From contig NC_092374.1 of assembly GCF_030028105.1 (NCBI RefSeq), positions 195,233,345 to 195,297,344 of the forward strand: a stretch of 64,000 nucleotides of DNA, read 5' to 3'. Positions 37,140 to 50,479 of the stretch are shown here, piece after piece (positions within the stretch are counted from its first letter, which is position 1; each line of letters opens with the position of its first letter). The position numbers and the translations under genes are program-made. The notes under the pieces were generated by a model. It searched no databases. It saw only the letters and a program-made list of their open reading frames with translations, and had not been told where the DNA came from. This DNA comes from Mobula birostris. Taxonomy: Eukaryota.

Positions 37140-40110
37140 GTATAGACACTGCGCATATGATAGGAGGACCTGCAGTCAGAGAGATGAGGTGAAGTCTAAC
37201 ATGGGGGCATCATTGAAAATGGCGATGAACGCAGGACTGAAGGTGTCATATTTGAATGCACACAGTACGCGAAATAAGGTAGATGATCCTGTAGCGTGAT
37301 TAGAGATTGGGAGGTATGATGCTCTTGGGCATTTATGAGCAATGACTGAACAAGATCATAGTTGGGAGCTTAACATCCAAAGATACAAGTTGTATCAAAA
37401 GGGCAAGCAAATAGCCAAAGGGGTTGAGGTGGCTCTGCTGGTAATAAATGAAATCAAATCCTTAGAAAGAGATGACATAGGATCGAGGAAGATGTAGAAT
37501 TTTTGTGGGTAGAGTTAAGAAACTGCAAGGGTAAAAACACCTAGGTGGCAGTTATATACAGACCCCCGAACAATAGCTGAATATGGAATATACATTTTAA
37601 CGGGAAATAGGACATGCATGTAATAAGGTCAATGTTTCGAAAGTCAAGAGGGATTTCAAAATGCAGGGAGTTTGGGAAAATCGGGTAGGTACTGGACCTT
37701 ATGAGAGAGAATTTGCAGAATGCCTACGAAATGGCTTTTAATAGCAGCTTGTGGTTGAGCCCACGAAGGTAAAGCCAATTCTCGATTGGTTGTACTGTAA
37801 TGAACGAAAGTTAATTAGAGCTTAAAGTAAAAGAGCCCTTATGAGTAAGTGTTCAAGGGTTAGAATTCGCCTTGCAGTTTGAGAGGGAGAAGATAAAGTC
37901 GGGTGTGTCAGTGTTACAGTGGATAAAGGGAATTTCAGACGCTTGAAAAAGGAGCTGGCCAAAGAGGATTGGAAAGGAACACTAGCAGGGATGACGGCTG
38001 AACAACAATGGCTGGCGTTTCTGTGAGCAATTCGATAGGCACAGGATATATACATCCCAAAGATGAAGTATTCTAAAAGGAGAATGAGACAACTTGGGTT
38101 ACAAGTGAAGTCATAGCAAAAGAGAGAGTATATAATACAGAAAAATTCTAGTAGCAAGTTAGAGGATTGATAAACTTTTAAAAACCAATACTTATGCTGT
38201 AATAAACAAGAGAAAATCTTCAGATGCTGAAAATCTCAGCAACACACACAAAATGAAGGAGGAACTCAGCGGGCCAGGCAGCATCTATGGGGGAAAAAAG
38301 CACAGTCGACGTTTCCGGTCGAGACCCGTCGGCAGGATTGGAAAAGAAGGCTGAGGAGTAGATTTGAAAGGCGGGGGGAGGAGAGAGAGAAACACTAGGC
38401 GATAAGTGAAACTTTGAGATGGTGGGGGGATGAAGCAAATAGCTAGAAAGTTGATTGGTGAAAGGCATGGAAGATAGAAAAAAGCGGACGGGGAGCGGAG
38501 GCGGAGTACCAGAGGAAGGTGATGGGCGGGCAAGGAGATAACATGAGAAAAAGAGAAGGAGGATGGGAAATGGTAAAGGGGGTGAGGAGGCGTTACCAGA
38601 AGTTTGAGAAATCGATGTTCATGCCATCAGGTTGGGGGCTACTCAAATGGAATATAAGGTGTTGTTCCTCTAACTTCAGTGTGGCCTTATCACGACAGTG
38701 GAGGAGGCCATGGATGGACATATCGGAATGGGAATGGGGAGTGGAATTAAAATGGCTACTTTTTCCAGTCTTGCCGAAGGGTTTCGGCCCGAAACGTCGA
38801 GTGTGCCTTTTCCAAAGGTACTGCCTGCTTCTGCTATAAAAATGATGTTTTTAAATTCAGCTACAAAAGTCCCAAAGGGATTATCAACGAGGATACCAGA
38901 AGTTATTTTTTCAGATATATAAAATGTAAAAGAGAGGAGAGAGTGAATATTGGACCGTTGGAAAATGAGTCTGGAGGAGAAAGAATAGGGAACAAAGGAA
39001 TGATGGACGATCTTAATAAATATTTTGCAGCATTCATAACAACGGGAGAGAGTAGCAGTATGCTGGAAATTCAAGGGTGTCAAGGGGCAAAAGTGAGTGT
39101 ATTACTAAGGAGAAGGTGCTTGAGAAGCTGAAATGTATGAAGGTAGTGAAGTTGTTAGAGGTTATTGACAAATCTGTTGGAATTGTTTGAGGAATTGGCA
39201 GGTTTCGGAATTGACAAGGTGCCACACATGAGGCTACTTGACAACATAAGAGCGAAGGACAGTGCAAGAAAGATTCTAGAATGGATACTCATCTGACCAT
39301 CTGGTAGGAGGGAAAGAATCAGAACAAAGTGGCCTACTGTAGATGGTCTTGCCACCGCTTCTTTACATATTATAGTCCAATGATTTGTATGACATAAATA
39401 ATGGTTTTCTGGACAAGTTTGGAGACGATACGAAGACAGGTGGAGGGGAAGGTATTGTTGAGGGATCAGGGAGTCTGCAGAAGGACTTGGACAGATTGGG
39501 AGAATGAACAAAGAAATGACAGATGGAATGTCATGTCGGGAAGTGGTCATGCACTTTGGTAGAAGGAATAAAGACGTAGAATATTTTCTAAACATGGATA
39601 AAATTCAAAAATCAGAGATGCAAAGGGTCTTGGGATTTCCCTAAAAGCTATCTTGCAAGTTGAGCCAATGATAAGGAAGGCAAGTGCAATGTTGGCATTC
39701 ATTTCAGAAGAACTAGAATATAAAAACCAGGTTGTGATGCTGAGGCTTCATAAGGCATTGGCCAGGCTGTACTTTTGGAATATTTTAAGCAGTGTCCCCT
39801 TATTTAAGAAAATACGTGATGGATTTGGTGAAGGAATGAAACAGTTAACTTATGACGAGCGTTTGACGGCTCTGGACCTGTACTCGCTGGGGTTTAGACG
39901 ACTGAGAGGTTGGATCTAGTTGTAATCTATCAGATATTGAAGGGGCTAGGCAGGTTCTTGCTTAACCAGGATATCAAAAGTTACGAAGAGAAGGCAGGAG
40001 AATGGGGTTGAGCGGGATAATAGATCAGCCATGATGAAATGACGAAGCAAACCCGATGGGCCGAGTGGCCTAATTCTGCTCCTGTGCCCTACGGTCTATT
40101 TAGGGTCTTA
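37140..40110 (+). mobile_element. Heavily decayed CR1 ORF2 (APE to 3' end), interrupted at about 38210-38830 by a Penelope-like fragment
   Basis: LKVSYLNAHSTRNK-like start at about 37235, RT remnants at 39000-39900 and a CR1-type tail near 40060-40110. Confidence 0.75.
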
Positions 40111-40140
40111 TGGTCTATTGACATTTTCACACGGACTTAC

Positions 40141-40491
40141 ATTTAACTGTTAATATTGTTCCTGGTCCTCTGACTTTCTCCACGAGTACCATTTCCACCT
40201 GGCAAATATATGTCCCTGAGTCATCACGTCTAACGTTTGTGATCGTGATAGAAGCGTTCCGGTCCGACAAAAAAGAAGCTCTATCCACTTTCAATATTCT
40301 ACCGGAGTATCTTGTGGATGTGTTAGTTACTTCGGCTTCTTCAATTCCATTCATTGCAGCTTTGTACCAAATAAACGCCCCGATGCCCTTATACGTTGTG
40401 TTATACGTGCACAGAAGGTTGACTGTCTCTCCTTCGACGGTCTCAATGGAAGGTGGTGATTGAAATACATCTATTTTTCTGGCAGTTGTCG
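40141..40491 (-). CDS. NCR3: Gene B VJ-type Ig V exon, NKp30/NCR3 homologue
   Basis: Acceptor aaattacag|CG and donor AAAT|gtaagt; 351 bp, phase 1-1. Translates to TTARKIDVFQSPPSIETVEGETVNLLCTYNTTYKGIGAFIWYKAAMNGIEEAEVTNTSTRYSGRILKVDRASFLSDRNASITITNVRRDDSGTYICQVEMVLVEKVRGPGTILTVK. This matches the human NKp30 pattern as I recall it (EVRNGTPEFRGRL..SRFLHDHQAELHIRDVRGHDASIYVCRVEV..GNGTRLVV). Confidence 0.85.
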
Positions 40492-40746
40492 CTGTAATTT
40501 ATAAATATGCACTCAGTGGCCACTTTATTATGTACACCTGCTCGTTAATGCAAATATCTAATCGTGCGAGAGCAACTCTGTGCAGATATCAGCAAGCGGT
40601 TCAGTTGTTCAGACCAACCATCAAACTATGGAATAAATGTGATCTAAGTGACTTTGACCGTAGAATGATTATTGGTGCCACACGGATTGATTTAACAGTC
40701 TCAGAAAAGTCTGGGATTTTTGCGGGCAACAGTTTAGAGAGAAAGT

Positions 40747-41085
40747 CCAGTGAGCTGCAATTCTGTGTGTGGAAACGTCTTGTTAATGAGGGCAACACAC
40801 ACAAAGTGCTGGAGGAACTCAGCAGGCCAGGCAGCGTCTATGGAAAAGAGTACGGTCGACGTTTCGAACCGAGACCCTTCATCAGGACTGGAAAAAAGTT
40901 AAGGAGTCAAAGTAAGAAAGTGGAGGTCCTCAACTTTTTTCCAGTCCTGATGAAGGTTCGCGGGCCGAAACGTCGACAGTACTCTTTTCCATAGATGCTG
41001 CCTGGCCTGCTGAGTTCCTCCAGCACTTTGTGTGTGTTGCCCTCATAAACAAGACGTTTCCATACACAGAATTGCAGCTCACTGG
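40747..41085. repeat. Long inverted repeat (arms about 159 bp, loop about 21 nt) in gene B intron 1
   Basis: 40747-40905 is the near-perfect reverse complement of 40927-41085. The arms include both Tc1-MITE and Penelope-terminus sequence. Confidence 0.9.
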
Positions 41086-42094
41086 CTTGCCTGCTGAGTT
41101 CCTCCAGCATTTTGTATGTATTGCTCGGCTTTCCAGCATCTGCAGATTTCCCCTTGTTTGTGATTGTATTGGTAATGAGGGCGTTCAGATGGAAACAGCC
41201 AGAGTGGTTCAAGCTGACAGAAAGGCGACAGTAACTCAATACTGGTGAGCAGAAAACATCTCTGAATGCATAACCATCGAACCTTGAAATCTATGGGCTA
41301 CAGCAGCAGAAGACTAAGAATATACACCCAGTGCCCACTTTATTAGGTACATTCCTGTCCCTAATCAAGTAGTTACTGAGTGTATAAATTATAAATGGTG
41401 TATTTACCTCCATTGCAATAAGGTTAGATTTCAAAACAGAGTATTGATTCAAGTTTATACAGGGTTCTGGTGAAAACCGCATCTGTGTAGTTTTAGTCCT
41501 CTTATTTTGTTCGAAGATCTGCTAGCATTGGAGACATAACGAGTATAATTCCCAGGAATAGGGGGTTGACCTCCCAAGAACGGCTAGAAGAGATAGACCT
41601 GCATTCGTTGGTGTTTAAGTGAAAGTGTAAATGGATTGCCACATTTCAGATCCTAAGTGGGTATGAAAGTGTAAATACTGAGGTATTTCCGTTTGCTGTC
41701 GAGTTTCGAAAGGTTGGAATTGGTTACAAGATTGTTAGGGTACAGAGGCGTCGGGACGGAGTGGTCATTCAAAACTGAGGAATTGACATGCGTGGAAATT
41801 TCCTCTCGCAGAGGATAATGAGTTTCTGGACTTGGCTACCTGGGATGATCGGGGAGCTCTAACACTGGACGTATTTAGAGAGAAAGTAGGTTCAGTTTTG
41901 AAAGATCGGCAATTGAGCGCAGCGGGACACTGGTTTAGAAGTGATTTGAGGCCCAGGGCAGATGAGCTTTGATGATATCGAAATGAGAGGCCAGATAGAC
42001 TACTCCTGCTCCGATATTTCTGTGTGTATTTGCATGTAATAATTTGGACGGACTATACTCTAGTAAAGTATTGAAAAAAAAAGAAAGGGCTTAC

Positions 42095-42137
42095 TTAAGA
42101 GAGGCATCAGCGTCCAGATATGCAGGGCAAGATTCAT
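42095..42137 (-). CDS. Gene B leader exon, MNLALHIWTLMPLL(T)
   Basis: ATG at 42137, 14 codons + A, donor TTAA|gtaagc. 43 bp, phase 1, the same size as the leaders of genes A and C. Confidence 0.8.
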
Positions 42138-43944
42138 TCTTTCACGATATTCCTCCACGTATAGATACGACAATAAACAGTATCCGGTATCCAAAGAGTA
42201 ATTTATATTATATTCTGCACCCAGGCAATTAGGAAGCCGTGTATTTGACGTCTCGGACAGGCCGGATTAAACGAGGAAGAGAAATTTACTTTCCCTGAGA
42301 ACATTAGCGAGCGAGGTATTTGTTCACAATTCAGCAGTTTCATAGTGACCACAGGGGATGCCAGCTTAAAGAGAAACGATATTTAAATTCAAATATCCCA
42401 GCGGTTTAGTCAGAATTCAACCCCTATACTGTCAATTCACTGACCCATATTACCACTGAGACAAACGTCCTACCTGAAGAAACGCCGTTTAGCCGAGGAA
42501 ACATTCAGTACCTTAATTATTAAGACACCTGCAGGTATAGCCGGGAAGACACCATTCTCTGTAAAGAAAACACACGTCAGTAACTGCAGAGAAAGCTACC
42601 TGCATGTGGAATATTGCCGACAGCTCCTTCTGAAAACAATTATTGGTCACTTAAATCATGTTTGCGTTGCTAGGAAACCTAATTTTGGAGCGATGGAGGG
42701 TGAGAAGTGAATTGATTGAAATGTATAGGATGATAAAAGACATGGATTGAGAGAACAGCGAGGGTGGAAATAGTTCAGACAAGAGGACGCAATTTTAAGG
42801 TGATTAGAGGACATGTAAGAGTTATGTCAAATGTATTTTTTTCTTCACACAGAGAATGGTAGGTGCGTTCAGCGCCTGCCAGGGGTGGTGGTAGAGGCGG
42901 ATATATTAGGGACATTTTAGACACCCTTAGATGAGCACACAGATGAATGAAGAACGGAGGGCAATGCGGCAGGAAAGCGTTAGGTTTATCTGGAAGTCGG
43001 CACAACATTGTGGGCCGAAGGACTGTACTATACTGTACTGTTTTATGTTCTAACCAGCATATTAAACATTTGGACAACGTTGAGGAAAATGGACATTCAT
43101 AGTTTATTTTCAAAGGAGAATGCCGATAGAAAAATGGAGAAAAATAATAGAACCAGAGAACACAGAAAACCTACAGCATAATACAGGCCCTTCTGCCCAC
43201 AAAGCTGTGCCGAACATGTCCCTACCTTAGAAATTACCTAATGTCACAATAAATTGTTCCACTTCCACTACGGTTTATGTGGATTTGTCAACTTGAATAT
43301 TATCCCGAGGGTTAGAAGGGAAGCGCATTTTTGTTATTTGTTTAGAAGGCAACAGATTCCAGTCTCACAATAGACTTTGCACGCGGACGGCAAGGAAATC
43401 CATGCCGGCATCCCAGCAGTTCCAGCTTCACTACCGAGGAAGCGCTATTCTGGATGAATTCTCTGTTCTCACAGTTGGGCACCAAAGACTGCCAAAAGAA
43501 CAAATTTTCAAACGGTGGTACTGCATACAGTACTTGAACAGAAACGGATCGGCTCAGAATTCACTGGTAAGAGTTGAAACAACCAGACTTGCTACTGATC
43601 CTGAACAGATCTCTCTGCCGTACGGAGAACCCCAGAATATATACGACGAATGAGCCGTCAGACTTAGGTTACATGACCCGACCTGATGTCATCATCTGAT
43701 ACTGGTCCCTAATCTTGCTTACCACGACCCAAAGCGATGTGAGAGACTTTATACAATGCGAAAGCTTTAAGCTATTAGAGGAAGAAAATGTGAGGTAGGA
43801 GTCGAATGTATTTCTAGTGAAATAGTATGCAAACGCTAAACCAGTTATCATTTCCCAGAAGAGTGAAGTGAATGTATTGACTCAGTCTGGGCGATTTACA
43901 AGATTTTCCAATTTACTTGATCATTAAATCAAAGAAAGATACAG

Positions 43945-44350
43945 TCAAACAACAGGAATTCTGCAGATGCTGGAAGTTCAAGCAATACACATCAAAGTTG
44001 CTGGTGAACACAGCAGGCCAGGCAGCATCTCTAGGAAGAGGTACAGTTCACGTTTCAGGCCGAGACCCTTCGTCAGGACTAACTGAAGGAAGAGTTAGTA
44101 AGAGATTTGAAAGTGGGAGGCGGAGGGGAGATCCAAAATGATAGGAGAAGACAGGAGGGGGAGGGATGGAGCCAAGAGCCGGACAGGCAAAGGGGATATG
44201 AGAGGATCATGGGACAGGAGGTCCGGGGAGAAAGAAAAGGGGGGGGGGTGAACTCAGAGGATGGGCAAGGGGTATAGTCAGAGGGACAGAAGGAGAAAAA
44301 GAAGAGAGAGAGAAAGAATGTGAAAGAAAAAATAAATAACGGATGGGTCA
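43945..44350 (-). mobile_element. Penelope-like terminus, close relative of the copy at 2240-2660
   Basis: Near-identical CAACAGGAATTCTGCAGATGCTGGAA..CCCTTCGTCAGGACTAACTGAAGGAAGAG block. Confidence 0.85.
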
Positions 44351-44873
44351 GATACAGTCAGGTGGCAAAGGTACAGATGGCTGGTCCACTTTTTCGGTAC
44401 TAGCACTTAACGCTTACACAATGTCTTGCCGACGTATTAGATAAAAATAAATTCCCTTTAGGTTAGTGCCACCAATAATTATCTGCCACATTCTGGTTTA
44501 TTTGTGGCATTGATGATCACTCTATGTCGCCAGTTCTGGAGGTGCAAACTGAAAATACACAGTTTCCCTAAAGAACCCACCATGCATTAATCTACAGATA
44601 TATAATTTGTTCTGAAGTATTGCTACGTTCGTGGTTTAGCTGAGACTTTGCTGTCATTGCAATCGGACAATCTTAGCGGTTAGTTAGGCGTAATTTCTCT
44701 CTTTAGGACCTGTAGTGATCCACATTAACTACGGGATCAAATGTGTAAAATCTTAGGTATCCGCATTAATTACACCATATAATGTAATATACACGGTGGT
44801 TCAAGTATCTGATTTTGCAGATATATGTAGCATCTGACGGATGACTGGTACTCTGTACCCACTGAATTCTGTA

Positions 44874-45535
44874 TGTAGCCACCCTGCTAAGCCGCGGGCT
44901 CGCTCAACTCGCCGCCTATGGAAATCAGCCCTCGGCCCCGCCAAACTGGGTACAGTAATTAAGTTCGTGTACATGCTGTATGATTGTACCCCACCCCGCG
45001 AAATAACAGAGAAAATACCATATACGATTAATTGATTACAATTTATAGATATTACTGGAAATATATGATTAACAGAGATAAAATATAAAAGGAAAATAAA
45101 AGGAGCCAAGCTTATCAAAGTTTAATCTCTTCGTGCACAAACAGTTGGAGCTCTAGTAACGATCCTCTCACCCCCATTCGATCCCCTCTGACCACCTCGA
45201 CCCGCCACCTGGGACCAACCACGGTGGTCAGACGCTCCACACGAGTCTGTCTCCCTCTCCTCTCCTCGCCGAAGACCCTGGACCTCGGACTCCGGCTCGG
45301 GTCCGCCCCGTCGGCCCGCTCACAGCATCCCGTCGGCTCTCTCTGTCCACATCGCGCCTTCTCCCCCAGAAACCCGCGCATCACAATAGCTTACTGACAC
45401 ACTAGAAAGAATAACATCTATCACAATTGGATCGTTCGTCCTGTTATCAATAATATAATCCAAACCTGCTGCTAACATAACAAAGAAGCCATTTTAATTA
45501 GCCTACACAGTAACATAAAAGAAGAAACTCCTACA
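44874..45535. mobile_element. Solo LTR with 4-bp TSD
   Basis: Termini TGTAG...CTACA, flanked by TGTA at 44870-44873 and 45536-45539. Confidence 0.8.
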
Positions 45536-47749
45536 TGTATACTGACGGTCAGTTCCTTAAACGTTTTGCCTTTACTCTCATCTGTAGCCCGACCCATTTC
45601 GTTTACAATGAAGCTATTTGGAAATTGAGTCATAGCCTCACTGATGCAAAGCAGGAGATATGTTGCCCATCAAACTTTTGCCTGCTGTTCAGTATTTTGT
45701 AAGAGGAATCCACCCACATCCATTCTCCGCTGCTAGCCTCCAGGCTGTACAACAACCCATCCAATTTGTCTTTAATTCAAATGGATGGGCTTCCTCCGCC
45801 CCTTCCCATAATAATTTCAAAGACATATATAATCAAAATCATGAAAATATTTCAGCTTACATCTCAGTTCCCCTATTCTCGATCGTTTCCCCAGGGCAGG
45901 CAACGGCTCGTTATTCACTTTGTCTAGATCCTGCAGGATTTTGAACATTTCTGTCAAACGCCCTCCAGGGTTACGTCAGACAGAACATGACAGTCATTAA
46001 CTCCGCCATGGAAAGTCCCAAGTCCGGGTCCGAAAGGAGGAGGGTTGGAGACATTGTTCCCACTAAGCTGCACAGTTGCGCACATAGTCTTTGTTGCCGC
46101 GCATATGTAATTTTCTTTTATATGAACATCTTAAGTGCCGCGCAGTTTTCAGGCCGTGTAAAATTTTCTTGCTCAGAGTAATAGTTGGTCAGCTGTAAAA
46201 AATATGGACGGTACCACTTTCCCGGGAGTGGAAGAATCTTCGCCTGGAAGAAGTATGAAGTCGTGTGGTGAAAGCGGAAGCCACATGGCCAATCAGCCTT
46301 CTCTCGGCCCAGGACAGAGGACTTTGGAGATCTGCCGTTGGTGACCTGTACTTAGTAGGGATGATGGAGCTAAGAAGATAAAAGTTGGCATTCATTGCTT
46401 AAATTAAAGCCCCTGCAGAATTTCATAGAACCTGTTGTTACGCTGTACTGCAATGGGATAAAATAGGCTATTCAATTATTTTAGGCCGTGTCGTATGACG
46501 TAGGCGGTCATGGTCTTGACCATGATTGTGCTTGGCAAATTGTTGGCCCTTGCGTTCTTCTGGACAGTGTCTTTACAAGACGAGCGGTCCCAGCCGTTAT
46601 CAATTCTCTTCAGAGATTGCCTACCAGGCGTCCGTGATCGAGGAACCAGGAGTTAAGCCATGTGTCAGCTGCTCCCATGGCTTCATGTGATCCTGCTCGG
46701 GGCTCAAGGGGCGGCTAAGCAGGTGCTACACCTTACCCAAGGGTGGCCTGCACGCTAGCGGGAGGACCTTATCCCTCCTTTGGTATGGGCCTACCTCCAC
46801 CCCACCACACAAATAAAGCTCGCCAATACTTTCAAAACACCAATCCCTTCTGTGGCAAATAAACCTCGAACAAACTACATAATCAAAAGTTTAAATTCTA
46901 ACTGACACATTAATTTCCCATCAAACGCTGACAAATATATCCCTGTTCACGTATGTAATTGCTTCAAAGAGAGGTTGAAACGCATATCAGATCATCTCAC
47001 TTATAGGTGCAAACTGATTCTTAAAAAAGGCTTTCCCTTACACATTGAGGCAAAGCGGTGATAATAATCTGTCACACTGCTGGAGGACATTCCGGGACCA
47101 TCTGTTTTGGGTCTTTGCCCCTCTCACATTGAAGAGTGTGGGTACTGACTATACTTTGACCAATTGCTTTTAAGCGAGTCAAAGTGAAAATTTCGGAGAG
47201 CGGATGCGGCGACACCTGAAGGGAAATGGTCAGTAAGTAACTCTCTCGGATTCGTTCTCAATCAGGACCCCGTGGGTGAGGGTAGAGTGGAGGTGGACAC
47301 GGGGTATCGAGGGGCTGGTGGTAATGGCCTCGAGGTAGGTGGGAGTCGACCGAGCCAGTATAAACTGCAGATCTGTACCTTTTGCGGTCAAGCCCCGTGA
47401 ATTAATTTGTGGAAAACAATTGTGTGAAAGTTGATTAGCCTTCCTCTATGGACGCAGTAAGAGCAACCGCAAAGATAAAAGGAAGTAAGTCATCCAGATG
47501 CAGCTAATTGAATGTCATTTAAATTGTAATATGAACAGCATTGTTTATGAGAAAAGTTATACCAAACCTGCAATAAATCTGGTAGCCCAGCGCGTGAGAA
47601 TAAAAGGATTTACACTCATTAAATCTAATTTTCTTCAAAGGTTTTATGGTACTCTGCATCGATTCTGATTGTGGGTGATGCGACAAACGCAGGAGAGAAT
47701 TCAGCCTCTTCTTGCTAGGGGTCTCACCACCCACGGCCTCTGTTTGTAA

Positions 47750-48830
47750 ACCAACTACCTCATCCTCAACACTATGACTCCAGTTCCCATTCCCCTGCCA
47801 AATTAGTCTAAATCCTCCTGGCGGAAATCTAGCAAACATACCCGCAAGCATATTGGTCCCCCTCGGGTTCAGGTGTAACCCGTCCCTTTTGTACAGGTCG
47901 TACCTTCCCCAGAAGAGATCCCAATGATACATAAATCTGAACCTCTGTCCACCCCCTCCACACCCCGTCCCCCGCACCAATTCCTCAGTCACGTATTCAT
48001 CTGCCAAATCATCCTATTCTTTCAGCGGGGTACAGGTATCAATTTCATACATGCATTTTATCGATACCTGTACCCGGCTGGAAACCTGAGAATAATTTAT
48101 TCGTCATATACGCCGGGAATGCACTTGTTTCTTGTTTAATCCTGTTCTTACCCCCATTGAAACATGGCCCCGGATGCAATCCAGAGATTACTACCCTGGC
48201 GGCTCTATTTTCCAGCTTTCTACCTAGCTCCCCAAAATCTCTCTCAAGACTTCCCCATCTTTTCTACCTACGTCATAGGTGCTAATACTTACCAAGACTT
48301 CTGCTTGCTCACCCACCCCTTTGGAATGAGTGACATCCCTGACCTTTGTACCTGGGAGGGGATATATCATCAGGGTGTCACTATCGCACGTACAGAACCT
48401 CGTCTCTGTTCTTTGTATTATGGAATCTCCAATGCCTTCTGCAGTCCCTTTCACCTTTCTTTCCTTCTCAGCCACAGTACCAGACTCAGTGCCAAAGACC
48501 CAGTTACTGAAGCTCCCCCCCCCCCCCCGGTAGGTCGTCCCCCTCAACAGTGTCTAAAGTGGCAAACTTACTATTGAGGGGAACGGTCACAGAGATACTC
48601 TGCACTGGTTGTGAAGTTCCCTTCCTTCTCCTGATAGTCACCCAGTTACCTGTCCCCTACCTATGGGTGACTACCTCCCTGTAGCTCCTATCTATCACCT
48701 CCTCATTCTCCCGTATGAGCGGAAGGTCATCGAGTTGCAGCTCCATTTCCTTAATGCGGACTCTGAGGAGGTGCAGCTTGGTGTACCTGGTGCAGGTGGG
48801 GTTATCCGGTAGACCGGAGGCCTACCAGAA
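47750..48830 (-). mobile_element. CR1 ORF1 (SGNH-esterase-like) remnant
   Basis: GIGDSIIQRTETRFC..PGTKVRDV and HWDLFWGRYDLYKRDGLHLNPRGTN, homologous to ORF1 at 30290-30820. Confidence 0.85.
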
Positions 48831-49346
48831 TTCGTACATCACACACACAGCACAAATCACTGCCCCTCCGAGCACTGACCCATTCACAACAATGGTCGTT
48901 CCCCTTGCGCTGGCGTTGTTTTTAGTCACTCTTTCTAATGAATCCCGTTCAGTGATTGGTCGCAGTCCAATTCCCAACTTACTTACTATGTGATAGTAAG
49001 GAAGTAAATATTCACCGGGTCTCTCTAATTCCTCTGCATAGAACACAAGGCTGATTGAAGTTATCATACACTTCCAGTAGTGAAGAAATGCAGTCTAATT
49101 CCTATAAACTTTGTGTACTGTGAACGTGTGTGTGGTTAAGTATGGGCGGGGGCTATAGGAGGAGAGGTAGCTTTACCGATTTTAGGCAATCGGTTCAGAG
49201 ATGGAGCTGCTAATTTGAAGGTAAAATGAATCTGAAATGAAAGATGTGATTAGGACCATCAACATTAGCACCACCAACCCAAACCCTGCTTAGATTACTC
49301 CACTCGATGATAGTGAGTTGCCTCCCGGCCGTAATGTTATATCTGA

Positions 49347-50166
49347 TGTTACGTACCCCGTAACTGGGTTGCCAAACCAGCAGAAATGGACCACTTTGTT
49401 GGAGTCTAGATTACTGGAACTAAGAAAGTTTTATTAAAGAAATAAGTAACACAGTATTCTAATAGTAAGGATATAAATGCAACAGGTTAGCAATGAATAA
49501 ACACACATGTACACAGAACTAGGATATTAGGATCAATCAAGCTCTATCGCAGTCTGGGGGTAAAATGATCAGTGTCAAGTGACACAGAGTTCAGTTCAGT
49601 TTCAGTTCGCAGTAATCGCTGTTGTGCCGTTGGGGAGGGAGAGAGAGCGAATGAATATGCGAATTGGATTCCAAACAGACCTTCGATATTCCTAGCAGCT
49701 TTCGGGCGAGCCCTTTGTAATGTCTTCTGAGGTCACCGACTGTGACCCCTCCGTTCCAGATACGATCGTTCTTCTGCGGTGAACCCGGCACCCAGGCAAG
49801 GGCGGACACACACACCGGGTTCCCGCCGACCTTACCTTTCCACCCTGTGCGTCTATGGCTGGTCCCGCGACCAGACCTCCAAAACTCTCACCAACTTGTA
49901 GGGGCACACCGCTTCCAGGGTCTCGTTACCTCGTGGTGTCGTGGTGTGTCCTTTGCCTTAGCGAACCTGTCCCTTTATCCCCCTGCTGGGGTATCAACTG
50001 TCCATCAAACTTCAAACAGTTCAGGTTCAAAGCAACCGGTCTTGACAATACTCGGAACTGTGTCTCCTTTTCGTTAATCTCTCTCGTCCCCCATTAACAT
50101 TTCTGAATGTTCCCCCATTGTCCTCTTATCGGCATCAATCTTCTGATAATTTGGTCTGTTGTCACA
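49347..50166. mobile_element. Solo LTR with 4-bp TSD
   Basis: Termini TGTTAC...GTCACA, flanked by CTGA at 49343-49346 and 50167-50170. Confidence 0.8.
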
Positions 50167-50479
50167 CTGAGTATTAAATTCCTCTTCGGTTCCCATTCAT
50201 ACCATTTAATCTTCCTTATGCAATTATATATGTCAAATTTGTGACCAACTAACCACGTATCGCTGTTTCTTTAAATCTCCTTTCCCACGGGCGAACTGGG
50301 TTAAAATTCCCACTGGAGAGATCACCTGCTGTTCTATGATGCTGCCAGTTTGTTTTGCATTACCAGTAAAGTTATAATTGTAAAGCCGCTGTGTTAAATA
50401 TCTCGCCCATTTTGTGATCAGTGGAAATTCCCACCAATTTAGGATCTCATCTTGAATGTCAAGCAACTAGTGTTCTTCA

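Noticed and set aside
43723-43771. 49-bp segment with strong splice sites upstream of the gene B leader
   Set aside because: It has no ATG or recognisable peptide. It could be a 5' UTR exon but is indistinguishable from chance without transcripts.
46040-46350. Minus-strand frame SPKSSVLGREKADWPCGF..KWYRP, with YIC and FGPG in another frame, resembling a decayed V exon
   Set aside because: The Cys-Trp, Trp-Cys and Cys-FG spacings all disagree with the real V exons, and no phase-1 splice sites fit. It needs an HMM test before any claim.
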